In this document: one piece after another, positions 13,191 through 25,709 of the stretch | How positions within the stretch are numbered: the stretch's first letter is position 1 | How the letters are laid out: each line of letters starts with the position of its first letter | DNA from: Octopus bimaculoides | Lineage: Eukaryota | Direction: 5' to 3' | NCBI RefSeq assembly: GCF_001194135.2 | Contig: NC_068983.1 | Coordinates: 110,465,128 to 110,498,881 of the forward strand | DNA: 33,754 nucleotides | The notes under the pieces: generated by a model | Seen by the model: the letters and a program-made list of their open reading frames with translations, nothing else | What the model was told of the DNA's origin: nothing | Databases searched by the model: none | Program-made: the position numbers and the translations under genes

Positions 13191-13707
13191 TGTCTATGAA
13201 TGTCTATGTGTATATTGCTAAACAGATTCATAGTAATCTTCATGTCGAACTATATGCATAAAATCGTGCGTCAATGAAAATGTGTAATTGCATACTCGTA
13301 GTTAAATTAAAATATGAAATTAATCAGAATTAGCTCTGACGTCTAACATATGTATTTCTCAATCCTTCTACAAGGACTGAGTAGCAACAAAATGGACTTA
13401 CTATCTCTTTAATATTATGAAAGCCCTCCACTTGCTGCTGGAATATTTAAATATATACTTTGATCTATTTCAGTAGATAAGTGTATATGTTAATTTGTCG
13501 TTAACTGGCTTAAATTTCGTCTGTTATCTGACTGTGAAGTAATATTTGCATAAAAGTCATTTTCATTATTGAAATACGTGTATGTAATGGTTACACATGT
13601 TTATCAGATATTTGTGATTGAATATCATCATAATATTCTAAATCTTTACTCTACACTAACGCTGACTCAGAGACAAATATACCGTTACTTAACGGTTATA
13701 CATTCAT

Positions 13708-13856
13708 ATTCTTTATTGCCCACAATGGGCTAAACATAGAGGGGACAAACAAATTAAGTCGATTACATCGACCCCAGTGCGTAACTCGTGCTTTATTTAT
13801 CGACCCCGAAAGGATGAAAGGCTTAGTCGACCTCGGCGGAATTTGAACTCAGAACG
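13708..13856 (-). mobile_element. SINE family A, 5'-truncated, with 17-bp flanking direct repeat
   Basis: Reverse complement gives gttctgagttcaaattccgccgaggtcgactaagcctttcatcctttcggggtcgataaat...atgtttagcccattgtgggcaataaag. aacggttatacattcat occurs at 13691-13707 and 13853-13869. Confidence 0.9.
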
Positions 13857-13904
13857 GTTATACATTCATGAGACGCATCGCTTATTTCCTGTTTTATATA
13901 TTAT

Positions 13905-14105
13905 ATTTGTTTCAAATTATGGCATAAGGCCAGCAATTTCGGGGAGGGGCTAAGTCGATTATATCAGCCTCAGGGTTCAGCCGGTATCTATTGTATTGAC
14001 CCCGGGAGGATGAAATGCAGTGTTGAACTCAGAACGTAAAGATAGACAAAATACCGGTAAGCATTTTGCTCGGCATCCTAAGGTTTCTGCCAGTGCGCCG
14101 CCTTT
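13905..14105 (-). mobile_element. SINE family A (alternative 3' tail), near full length
   Basis: Head ggcggcgcactggcagaaacc...cgttctgagttcaac on the minus strand; tail gacttagcccctccccgaaattgctggccttatgccataatttgaaac. Confidence 0.8.
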
Positions 14106-14849
14106 TTCCTGTGTATTATATTATAATGTTAGAGGGATAATTTGTCTAGCGCACGTGCACGTGTGCCTGTGTATGTTTTGTGTGCATGCTTTTGTATATA
14201 TGTGTGTTCGTCAGTGTATCTTTTGCCGACGTATTTCGGCGAAAGACACCCATATTGATGAAATATAAGTCACTGTTGTCTCTTGAGTCTGCTTTTAGTT
14301 ACAAATATTCCGTGAACTCTTTCATCGCGCGATATGCAGTGGAACCTACATTTGTCCTTTCGGAACAAATAACATGTTAAGTAAGTAAGCAAGTAAAGCA
14401 ATAACATGTTAAGTAAATAAGCACCAGTATTTGACTTGCTTTTTATGAAAATGATGCTGGGAAGACTGTCTGACCTGCAACTTAGATTTACGGCAACCAT
14501 GTAAAACACCGAATCTATATTATACAACGCATTCCTTTGAGTGGAAATGTGAACTGTTGAAATGAAAATCCGAGACAAAGAGCTGTCTCTGTTCTATTTT
14601 CTATATGTGCGTAAGGGAAGAGGAGAAAGCAGTCGTATGTAGTGCAAGACCAACCAAATAAAATGTTTAGCTCTATATAAACTTATAGCAAAGTTAACTT
14701 TTATTTTCCTTAAATATAGTTCCTCTCTCAGCAACATCTGCAAACAGCTAGGCGTTATTCTATAACCTGTCACCTTGTATTGAAAGGACCGACCTCATTA
14801 TACTTTCCACCGATGCCAGATTCCTCTGTAACTTCAATGACTATAACGG

Positions 14850-15800
14850 CATAGCTTTCATACTGTGACAGCGAAGACGAACTGCTCTTATTACAAAATC
14901 CGAACGTGCCTTGCTGATTTCGCCGATACTTTGTACAAATTTCAATACTTTTACTTTTAAAAGGTTAGTATTAATCCAGATATGTATCTCTGCATTAGCC
15001 GGGTTGTCTCCTAACCACCTAATCGCAGAGATAGCTGTCACATCTTTCTGAGCTCAATACATCTAAAGTGAATTTTTGATATCTCAAGTCATCTACCTGA
15101 TCAAAAGTTTGCAGATTCTTCAAACAACGAAAGGACACAACTCTAAATACTTGACTATAACTTTTAGTTTTGTAACGTATAAAGAAAACAAGAATACAGG
15201 ATAAACTACTTTGAAGAATTTAACCGTATTATTATCAACAGATCATTAACCCACTATGTGAATGACTGCAGGTTAATAATCTAGACGCTAGAAAATGTAT
15301 TGATGTAACAGAGCCTCTGACATCCAACATTAGACAGAAATAATTGTACCGTTAATAAGAGAGTTTCCACTAACTTTGTAAACTAATTCTATCCAGTATT
15401 CCCTTATCAAGATGTTCTGTAAAACCTCTTGCACGAGTTTAACCATTAAATTTGTTACTTACTTCCAAATCAACTCTGCACAAAACATTTGCGAAGCTAT
15501 TCTCGCCACAATGTGCATACATATGTCAATTTCGATGACTTTTTATATTCTTTCGGTTCAGCTAAGTTACTTTGTCCTGTAATATCTTTTATAGTTTTCA
15601 TAAACACTGAAGTCTAGAGTTATCTTTTGTTGTTGCCAAATCCGTCAACCTGTCGTTCTCTGTAAGGATCTATTTACTCCATAAGATCACAAGATTACAC
15701 GCCATTTCCAAGAAAACAACCGCAATAGAATTTGGCGACTACTTACTAGTCTGTTATATTTCCAACAGCAGAAAATGAATGGATTTAAGAATAAAGAACC
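14850..15800 (-). mobile_element. Possible very ancient LINE RT remnant
   Basis: Only faint motif echoes, e.g. gtcagaggctctgtt (QGSV-like) and a KAFD..PR..IW-like stretch, amid many stops. Confidence 0.25.
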
Positions 15801-16711
15801 ACCACCTTTATCACTTTGACCCTGTGTTGTTTTTATGCTTTCTATCAATATCTATTCCCATTTATTTCTGTCACTCTATATTTAGCAGACACACTGTATT
15901 TATCCGTTCGTAATTTCGATTTTTCTCATCGAAATTTCAATGTTCCATAAAGAAAAGCCTTAAGAATATACTTCAGACAGTTTATGCAACATATTCTCCT
16001 GCAGCAGAATAGCTATTATTTCAAAGGAAATAGTCTTACCCTACAAAGTGAAGCCAAAAAATTATCAGCTGATGGAACGACTCACCAACGTCGACAATCT
16101 ATTCTTCTGCTCTAACATATGACATTGGCAGCTATATTTCAAAACCTAAGTATATCGTTAATGTAAAACATATGTAAGTACCGATGTCAGATATACGGGA
16201 TGGTATTGTATATTTTCTATCGAATATTTTAGGATGCATAAAGAGAAGACCCTGTTGTCTGTTGATAAGTCTTAACTCAATGATGTAATGATTGGTTTGC
16301 ATAATTGCTTTGCTGTTGTTTGTCAAGATTCTGTTAGACAATGGTTCTAGTTTTCTGTACATCCCTCTAATAAAATCACTTAACACATATTTCTCGTTCT
16401 CTTCTCATCTCTGCTGTATACAGCGTCCATATTAACACACAATTTGCATGAACATATTTTTCAGACCTGAAGTTTCCTAGAATATTTTCGTCGCTCACAA
16501 ACTGTTTCTACCGTTACAACAATTCTCCTATTCTGTAATGAAATGCAAGGAATTTCATGCAAGATTCTTACCTTATACTTACTAATAAAAATCACGTTTC
16601 TGGTTTGCGTGACACTACATAACAGATTTGATATCACAGTACATTGCGCATAATGCCTTAAACAACGACAATAATAAACATTTTACACTTAACACTAATA
16701 TCTTGTATGAT

Positions 16712-17066
16712 TCATCTGTTTCAGTCATTAGACTGCGGCCTTGCTGGGGCACGGCTTTGAACTTTTAGTCGGATAAATCTGCCTCAGTAAGCTCGGTACT
16801 TATTGTATCGTTTTCTTTTGCCGATCCAGTACCGGTTATCAAGCAGTGGTGGAACCAAACAAAGACAAGGGCGCGCGCGCATACACACACACGCGCAAAT
16901 ACGACGGGCGTCCTTTAATTTCCGTCTACAAAATCCACTTACAACTCTTTGGTCGACTCGAGGCTATACTAGAACACATTTTATTCAAGGTATCACGTAG
17001 AGGGACTGAATCCGGAACAGTGTGGTTGGGAAGCGAGCTTCTTACCACACAAACACGCCTGCGCCT
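16712..17066 (-). mobile_element. tRNA-derived SINE, family B (diverged copy)
   Basis: Reverse complement aligns with 19500-19935: tRNA-like head (gtgtggtaagaagctcg...ccggattcagtccc), gtagacggaaattaaaggacgcccgtcgta, internal microsatellite, and 3' ggccgcagtctaatgactgaaaca. Confidence 0.85.
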
Positions 17067-17479
17067 ATAGGTTAGAATAAATAATAAGATTATAATGATA
17101 TGTCGATGGTAATAATGTTTGATGATCATGAAATTGTTGATGACGCTGAAGCTAAAAACAATTCAAAAATTCAAAATAAAGATATGTGACTTTGACGAAA
17201 TATTTGAGTCGATAAAGAAAAATTCACAAATAGACGGGAGATAGAAGTGATAGAGTACAAAACGTACAAATCAATGACCAATAGTTGAAAGAAATGAAAC
17301 AATTCTCTTGAATTATCTTATAGAATCAGAACATTGGAATAAGATACAATCAACAGAAGAAACATTAATATTTAAGAGAAAAAAAAAATGCAAAACAGAA
17401 TTAAATTGGAAAAGTCAAATAATAATTTAAAGAAAAGGAAAATGATGGAGCAAAATTCTTGAAAGGACAAAATGTTAGT

Positions 17480-17710
17480 AATAATAATAATACTAGTTTC
17501 AAACTTTGGTAAAGGCCAGCATTTTTGTGGAAAGGTGTAAATCAATTGCAATGACTGAAATGCTCGACTGCTACTTATTTTATCGACCCCTACAAGATGA
17601 AAGGCAAAGTCAACTTCGGCAGAATTTGAAGTTAGACTGTAGCAACGGGTGAAATACCGCTAAGCATTTCGTCCAGCGCACCAAGGAACCTGCCAACTCG
17701 TCATCCTCAT
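17480..17710 (-). mobile_element. SINE family A copy
   Basis: Minus strand cgagttggcaggttcc...aaatgcttagcggtatttc...ttcaaattctgccgaagttgactttgcctttcatc...ggggtcgataaaataagtagcag. A further decayed copy probably lies at 17715-17860. Confidence 0.8.
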
Positions 17711-18229
17711 GATAATAATAATGGCTTCACATTTTGGCAAAAAGTGCAGAAGTGTTAGGAGGAGCGCTTAATCTATCACATCGGCCTCAGCAGATGGCTG
17801 GTATGTAATTTTATCTAACCTGAAAGCACGAAAGCTAAATTTGCCGAAATTAAACAATGCTAAACAACCTCTAAAACGTATTTATACTACTTTAAGTCAA
17901 AGTTTGTATTCCTCTTCTTGTGTTGTACGAAACAAGTACAGTGAGGTACTAAAATATTTTGCTTAATTTCCTCTTAAACGTAGACTTAAGGTTAAAATAA
18001 AATTCTAGAAGATTTCTAAAACTTGAACCACGAAACCAGATTTTTTTCTTGATTATACAGTCGGTACAGAAAAGTAATTTTCTTCCATTCATGAATTGGA
18101 AATATTTCATGACATCAAAATTAACACGCACGTGCTCACAAACACGGACATTTATACCTTGCAGCAGAAAGGAAAAACACTGGTGATTTTAATTTATGTT
18201 CTGTCTTCGAGACATATCATACACTCCCC

Positions 18230-18284
18230 CCTCACACACACATACACGCATACGCACGCATGCACGCACGCACACACGCACACA

Positions 18285-18371
<87 letters not shown>

Positions 18372-18410
18372 GCACAAACATACATACACATACACACATA
18401 TGTATATGTA
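18230..18410. repeat. (CA)n microsatellite
   Basis: Directly visible; source of the HT/CV ORFs. Confidence 0.97.
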
Positions 18411-19499
18411 AAGAAATAGTGAGAGAGGAAGAAACTAAGTGATACAAAATCATAGACATACGTATTTTTACCTATTTTGTTCTCTTCAGCAAACTTTGAA
18501 ATGGATAAATGTACATTTTCCACTTCATTGTAACACATTTTTTTTTCTTAGATTAGGAAACGACGGGACTTCTTCGTTTACATAGCATCAATACAAATAT
18601 GTATCTTCGCAGAAGTAGATATTTTCTCAAAAGTGAAAGTGTTTAGTCTTTACCGATGCGGTGAAATCCGTTCTTATGAGCTATTATTTTAATATCCGCT
18701 GAGTAGGACACTCGATAATGCAGGAGCTTCATGACATGATTAAGAAATTGTTTTCCTAGGAGACTTCCGTTCACAAGGATAATTGCGAGTGATAAACGTT
18801 CTTGATACGGCTACGTATGCATACCTGCACGATACGAGTTTTCCCTAAGATTTACTTTATTGACAAATCTAGAAATACTCAGATGCCACGAAATAAGCTT
18901 TAATATCCTTGCAGGAAAGTATCATATCACGTATATTTGTTGTTAATTGTTCTAAGTCTCTTGTTGACTTGCGTTAATTACGAATTTAATTAAAGTGTTT
19001 GATAGATCCAAATACAATCATGGCAACATCGCATGCGATAGTATCTAGTCGGCAGTCTACTTAATACAATTTTATTTTCCTGTACTAATAGTTTCATTTT
19101 GGAGGAAAGCACACACAAATTGGTGTGAAAACCACTTGCTTCTGACAATTCAAATGCCTTCACATTCATAAACCTTGAAAATAAGTGCAGAAATGTCTTG
19201 ATTTTAATATTGCTAATGTAGTGTATTTAAGAAATGCTTTTGACTTTTATAGTAAGGAACCAAAAGCTTGCAAAGCGAAGTCTTCAACACACCACAATGT
19301 CTGCACTGATATTAAACGCTAAAATGCTTATATGATTGTGAAAAAAGTTTCAAGCTTTTATTTTATGTAAATATACTTTTTGTCAGCTTTTCACAGAGTA
19401 CACAATTAGCTGTAACTTCTCTATTTTCAACATATTTTCTATTTTTTTTTCTGCATTAGATGTAATAAACCTAGGAGACTGCAATCCTATAAAAAAAAA

Positions 19500-19666
19500 A
19501 TAGGAGTGGCTGTGTGGTAAGTAGCTTGCTTACCAACCACATGGTTCCGGGTTCAGTCCACTGCGTGGCACCTTGGGCAAGTGTCTTTTACTATAACCTC
19601 GGGCCGACCAAAGCCTTGTGAGTGGATTTGGCAGACGGAAACTGAAAGAAGCCCGTCGTATATATG

Positions 19667-19717
<51 letters not shown>

Positions 19718-19935
19718 TTGTGTATCTGTTTGTCCCCCCAACATCGCTTGACAACCGATGCTGGTGTGTTTACGTCCCCGTAACTTAGCGTTTCAGCAAA
19801 AGAGACCGATATAATAAGTACTAGGCTTCCAAAGAATAAGTCCTGGAGTCGATTTGCTTGACTAAAGGTGGTGCTCTAGCTTGGCCACAGTCAAATGACT
19901 TAAACAAGTAAAAGAGTAAAAGAGTAAAAGAGAGA
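19500..19935 (+). mobile_element. tRNA-derived SINE, family B, full length (CORE-like central motif)
   Basis: A-box tggctgtgtgg and B-box ggttcagtcc; ggcaccttgggcaagtgtc resembles the CORE motif gtgaccttgggcaagt; internal (TA)(TG) tract; tandem (gtaaaaga)n tail. Confidence 0.9.
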
Positions 19936-20054
19936 GCTCAATACAGAGCTCCTCAACAAAAGCATCTTCAATCAAACTCTTTTTTAAATTTGTATTTTAT
20001 TAAGAAATGCATCGCAAATATGTCTTGGATATTGAAGAAGTACCTGACAAGCTC

Positions 20055-20190
20055 TTTTTTAATCGATCATGAAGGAACGAAAGGCATTATCAACTCCAGT
20101 GACATTTGAATTCAAAACGTAAAACCGGAAGAAATACCGTTAAACGTTTTGTCCACCACGTTAACGATTCTGACATCTCGCCGCTTTCAG
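20055..20190 (-). mobile_element. SINE family A, decayed copy
   Basis: Minus strand ggcgagatgtcagaatcgttaacg...acgttttgaattcaaatg...gcctttcgttcc. Confidence 0.7.
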
Positions 20191-20919
20191 ATACATACAA
20201 ATATAATATAAGCGTAACGAGTTGATTTTATTTGAGTGTACCAACTGACTTTGACTCTACTTTAAATTGTCTTACTGAAAAAATTGGTCAAGATGTTTAA
20301 GACTGATGACTAAACAGATATCATTTGTGATAACCTAAAAGTCTACAACACAGCTGTTTGAAAATTCGTCTGAATATTTACAATCAAACTATTGAATTCA
20401 AATTTAAAGTCAAGAAAGACACTATTAAAAATAGCACTAGAAGTCAATAATATTTTAAAGCTTCGTTCTGTATAATCAGAAGCAAAATCAATATTTATAA
20501 GAAAACTAGCATGCCTGTAGAAAACTGGAGGAACCTAATACAAAGAAAGCTAAAGCATTCATAAATACGAATGCATCAGACATCAGAGAACAGGATTATC
20601 TTAAGAAACATACACAAACACAAACAACACACATACACCTCTGCATGCAGCACGCCACTCTTTTCTTTTACTCTCAGACTTTTAACCTTCTGTCGCTTTC
20701 TCTCCCTCTTACCAATGAAGACATGAAATATTAAATATGATACGTCATTAGTTAATGAATAGTACTATAAAATCAACAACGGATAGAATAGAGAACGAAT
20801 CTGCTGCATGGTCAGATCTATGTTAATTTTTAGAAAGAACGAACTGATTACTGTAAAACGTCATAGAAATTTTGCCTCTGTTTAAAAACTTTTAAAAAGC
20901 ATCAACAGAAATATATATA

Positions 20920-21090
20920 CATAAATATGTGTGTGCGTGCGCGCGCGTGTTTGTAATACAAATACACACATAAACACATATACAAGTATGTACATACATA
21001 CACACACACATATATACGTGTATATATGTAATGAGTGAAAAAATACATACACACATACAGACAACACACACAAACATACATATGTGTGAG
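20920..21090. repeat. Degenerate (TG)/(CA)/(TA) microsatellite
   Basis: Directly visible. Confidence 0.9.
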
Positions 21091-21459
21091 TGGACAGACG
21101 AAAGAAAAGAGCACTCAACACAATTAATAGGCGTTAGACGTATAATTTAAAACAGTTTAATTCGGTTCCTTGCGTCTTAAGGCTTCGCCGGCCTCTAAGA
21201 GGAGCCCTTCTATTTCAGTTTTCAGGTTGTTGTATGCACAGATACAAGAAGTCCATGATGGCTACCGGAAGACAGGCTGCTATTGGTCAAGGCAGATCAC
21301 ATGTGTTATAAAAGAATATTATCAAAGAAAATCAGTTGCTTAGCGACAGCAGTTCCATTGCAAAAGTGAATTTCTTTGACCGCGTGGCTGGACAAGAAGA
21401 TGGTGGCACCTTGGTGCCTGAATTTGGTAGAAGTAAGACCGGTGAACGTGTGAATTCGT

Positions 21460-21880
21460 GTGTGTGTGTGTGTGTGTGTGGTGCCCATACATACACACAC
21501 ACATGTATGAAAGCATGAATGTGTGTATGTTATTGGTTGTATGGGTGTGCGTGTCCGTGTGTATATGAATGTTTGTGAGTGTGTGCGTGTGTATGTGTGT
21601 GTGAATGTGTGTGTGTGTGTGTATATCTTGTGATTTTTGTTTCTTAGTATATATATATTTATGTGTGTGTGTGTGGCAGATGTGGTATTTATGCGTGCAG
21701 GGGTGATGTATGCTGGTGTTGATGCATGCACCTATACGTGTAGGTGTGTGGATATGTGTATAAGAGTGTTTGTGTGTACATGTGTGTGTGTGTGTGCGCC
21801 TAGGAAGGGATATGCGGGTACCTGCGTGTGTCAGTAAGTTTGCGTTTGTGTATGTGCGCGCGTGTGTGAGCTTATGTGTT
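21460..21880. repeat. Long degenerate (TG)n low-complexity tract
   Basis: Directly visible. Confidence 0.9.
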
Positions 21881-22030
21881 AATTTATGTGCACACGTCCA
21901 ATATGTGGAAACGAAATTAAGTGTTTGCAGGGGATGCATAAGGGTGCGCTGGGTCAGTCTGCTCAGATATTGGTTGTTGGTAGCTGGCAACCTTTTCTGC
22001 GGAGCAGCTAGTGCGGAGGATCAGCCAATG

Positions 22031-22560
22031 TTAAGCTAGTATATCCGTATTGTCGGTAGCCAGTAATTTGCATTTCACCAGGAGGGTACACCTCAGGTGA
22101 CAGCAATGGGATAGTTCATATTTCCGGTTGATAAGTACTGCAGGTTGATGGTGGATATACAGTCTTTCACGGCGGCAGAGCTGGCAATTGCGGGTACCGG
22201 GTGAATAAGGTGGCGCCCTCACGACGATAGATATTTCGATGCTTTATGTTTTATTCCGAAGGTCACAGAGCATCCAGAGAAACCTAGACAAAGATGTGGA
22301 ATTCTCCCTATCCCTGCATCTGAGCGAGTGCATGTGTTGTGTGTATTTTCCCTTGAAATCGTTGGCTATCATTCCCGTATAGTTCCTTGTGATGACATCG
22401 GATGGCGTGAGAGTCACTCTGTAGAATAGAGCCCTAGAGAGGCAGGATCCTCCTAGATGGCAGGGAGAGCCGATAGGGAGATCGTTGTGTGGAGCGCCCC
22501 TACTTTGCAATGCTGCTTTGGATAGGTGTTTGTTCACCGTGACGTGAACTTATATAGAGG
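22031..22560 (-). mobile_element. Penelope-like element C-terminal GIY-YIG endonuclease fragment (same lineage type as 1-500)
   Basis: SPCHLGGSCLSRALFYRVTLTPSDVITRNYTGMIANDFKGKYTQHMHSLRCRDRENSTSLSRFLWML, then RAPPYSPGTRNCQLCRRERLYI....LINRKYELSHCCHLR, matching CPL.G.CL..Y.A..YIG...FK.RY..H..SF...NST.LS..W and PY...C.LC..EK...LN.R.E...C.H. Confidence 0.88.
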
Positions 22561-22579
22561 AACTTCAACTCCCGTTCCG

Positions 22580-23015
22580 TACTCAAAAAGGACCGGAAAG
22601 TAAAACGTATTCTGGTTAAATCCTCAATTCAACCCAAAAGTTTCCACCAACTTAACTTAACTAAGAACTTTTTGTTTATTAAGAAGCATTTTCGGAGGGA
22701 AACACTTTTAAATCAAGAACAAGTATTCAAGCTCTACAAGCTTTTCGACACGCAAGTACTACAAGCTCTTTAACCTACATAACGTCATGGTGAGCTACTC
22801 CTGCTTAGATAACGGAAGCATTGATTCTAATATTGCACGTTACAACAGATGTAGGCATGCGCCTGCACAACTCCCGATCCCAATCTGTAACCTCGAAAAC
22901 CTAGTAGCTGCCTTGTAGGAGAACCTTAACTTTCAATGGCTGTAGTCTTCAAAACCACTCTCACACCATTCGATGGCATCTCACAGCACTACACGGTCAT
23001 GACAGCCAACGTTAT
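22580..23015 (+). mobile_element. Second, diverged PLE fragment (linker plus start of EN), opposite orientation
   Basis: NVFWLNPQFNPKVSTNL (consensus IIWFNPP...V.TNI), YYKLFNLHNVMVSYSCLDN (consensus KIFN.NTVKVSYSCM.N), then VVFKTTLTPFDGISQHYTVMTAN, homologous to the minus-strand copy. Confidence 0.8.
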
Positions 23016-24889
23016 ACTTAAAACTGCTGGAACAAAATGGTGCCACGCCGTACTTTTCTTCACTCATCATTTGTATGACATCAATGCTGTAAAGTGGGTT
23101 GGATCAGCATGTGCAACAACAAGTCTCCTTGAGAAGATATTGAAGAAGATGCTTCCACATTGCCTCATGGTGATGACTCCACTCTACCAGTTGTAAGCTT
23201 GCGTTCAAATTGGTGGGGGTTCAGAATCAGCAAGTTAGCTTTCGAATGATAGAGTGCCTCACAGGAGATATATCACCTGCCTCAAGCTGGGTAAACAACA
23301 GCTAATAAGGTCCTGTACGACTACAGGGCAGCATACTACTCAATGTACAGGGAGTAAGGATAGAACTAGCCGGAAATGTGGATGTTAAATACCGCATCAA
23401 GCATAATAAAAGAGAAAAAGATGAAAGCAGCACCTAGGTTGAACGTACAAACATTGATTACTGGAATGATAGATTCGTGAAACTTGTTGGTGTTTATATT
23501 CCAACCCTCTACAAAAGATACAAAATACGAATTTTATTACTAATCAATTCTCTAAGTCAATTCAGGAGACTAACATCGAGGACGAGCAACTGCTCTTTGG
23601 CGACTTTAACGACAGAGGATAAGCTCACCATGGTTCCTGACCAAGCTGCGTGAGGTGGAACGGGAGTGGTAGAAAAAACTCATAAAAAAGTATGATTGTT
23701 TAAGCATTCGGTGTCAATAACATTTAATTCCAGTATAAAGTCGAACAGAAAATGTTTTGGAGACAATCGCCTTCAAACACTGACATCGACTAGATCTGAT
23801 TCTCACTTGATGCTATTAGTTACTTGAGGGATGTGTTCTTGCACCAATTCTTCTCACATGTGGACTGCAGCACACGTCCCATGGTGATTCAGTGCATTTT
23901 ATTATAATTAACGAAACCAAATGAGCAAATTGACCCACCCACCTCGGCATGTGACACGTTAACGCCACTATGACACGACAGTGAGAGAAGACATTAGATT
24001 CGTTAGGTTTTTGAAGAATGTCCTGCCTACAGATCTGGAGATGCACAAAGTTGCAATTCTCTCAAGGACATCAGGAAAACTATTACACTGAAGGCATTTG
24101 GTAAGAAACAGAGCAAAACACTGTGCTTAAAGTTCAAGCAAGATTACCACTGCCATCGAGTCAAGGCACGTTGCAATACTGGACCATCAGTCAATCTTGC
24201 GAGAATAAAAAAAAAAACGTAACACAAAGACAAAAACAAAAATCAGATACTGTGCATGGGTTATATGTGGGAAGTGTATGATTCGGCAGCGAAGACAAAT
24301 GGCTAAAGTTGTGCAAGAAAGCACTACTGAAATTCGTGAGAAGTGCGACTATCAAAATGAAGGCAAAGCATGTGGGAAGATGAATGTTGCAATGTTCCAA
24401 ATAGTATTCACAAGAAAATACTGTCTCGGATACTGTGTTAGCTACTATGGAATGCCTGCCAGTTATATAGGAATTAGATGCACCCCGACTACTGAAGAGC
24501 TATGTAAAGCTATTGATTGTCTTACTGCTGGAATGAGTGATGTTCTATCAGAAACCATCAAGAGTACAAAGAAGACTTTGTGTCACCTACACACAGTGTT
24601 GAACTAGTGCTGGAAAGAAGGGTTTCCAGATCTTTTCGGGAGACTGCAGTAATTATCTCCCCGTGGAAGAACAAAAATGGTAGATGCAACCAAAGGAAAT
24701 TTCTTGCCGTGTTTTGCTGTGCAAGTCTTAGTTCGTGAGATTCTAAACAAACGGCAAAAATCACTGGAAGTGTATATCTGAGTCAGAATATATCACAATC
24801 TGCAATTTGAAGGAAAAGAAAAGCAGATACCAAAGACAGCTACACTACAACTTTCCTTGACATAACGACAAAAGGTTTCGACATTATTT

Positions 24890-24968
24890 ACAATTGACGG
24901 ATATTTGTCCTCATCTTGTTAACACAACGTTACGGCTGATATACCCTCCAGCCTTCATTAAGTGCCTT
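24890..24968 (-). ncRNA. Type I hammerhead ribozyme motif, core mutated
   Basis: Minus strand ggcac-TTAATGA-a-GGCTG-gagggtatat-CAGCC-GTAA-CG...CG-TC: perfect 5-bp stem II, CUGAUGA with 2 substitutions, GAAA with 1 substitution, and a GUC cleavage triplet pairing with AACG. Confidence 0.7.
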
Positions 24969-25140
24969 GGGGAAAATTCTGAACCTGGGTTCCCATTCCT
25001 GAGGTATTTTTCAATGTTGTTGTTGTTATTACTATTAATATTGTAAGAACAGAAATAAATTTATTTCTCAAACGCGCGATAATGCTATAAATAGCGTGAT
25101 CCGGATAAATGATCCATTTATTGCAGAAAAATATGCTACT

Positions 25141-25212
25141 GGCCAGCCATGGGACTCGAACTCACATCTCTGTGATTACACGTCAAGTGTTTTACCATTA
25201 AACTAAACTGCC
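25141..25212 (-). tRNA. tRNA-Thr(TGT)-like pseudogene
   Basis: 72 nt; D-stem gttt/aaac, T-loop ttcgagt, loop cgTGTaa. Anticodon stem poorly paired and G instead of U33. T5 run about 10 nt downstream. Confidence 0.55.
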
Positions 25213-25481
25213 CAGCGACGAATTCTTCTGCAATTTTAGAACTTATAAAATTAGTTTCATAAGACGCTAACGTTAAATTCAACTTAACGATGAAAGCAAA
25301 CAAACAAAGTTTGTTCTTTTTTAGAAGCGTTGAAATGTATTGTAAGAACAGAAATAAATTTATTTCTCAAACGCGTGATAATGCTATAAATAGCGTGATC
25401 CGGATAAATGATCCATTTATTGCAGAAATATACACTACTGGCCAGCCATGAGACTCGAACTCATAGAAGAATTTATTGCTG

Positions 25482-25553
25482 GGCAGTTTAGTTTAATGGT
25501 AAAACACTTCACGCGTAATCACAGAGATGTGAGTTCGAACCTCATGGCTGGCC
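25482..25553 (+). tRNA. tRNA-Thr(CGT)-like pseudogene
   Basis: 72 nt ggcagtttagtttaatggtaaaac...gtgagttcgaacctcatggctggcc. T-arm fully paired, acceptor stem with one mismatch, loop cgCGTaa, anticodon stem disrupted, T5 downstream. Confidence 0.55.
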
Positions 25554-25709
25554 AGTAGCGTATTTTTCTGCAATAAATGGATAATTTATCCTGATCACGC
25601 TATTTATAGCATTATCACGCGTTTGAGAAATAAATTTATTTCTGTTCTTACAATACATCTCAACGCTTCAAATAAAGAACAAACTTTGTTTACTTTCATC
25701 GTAAAGTTG

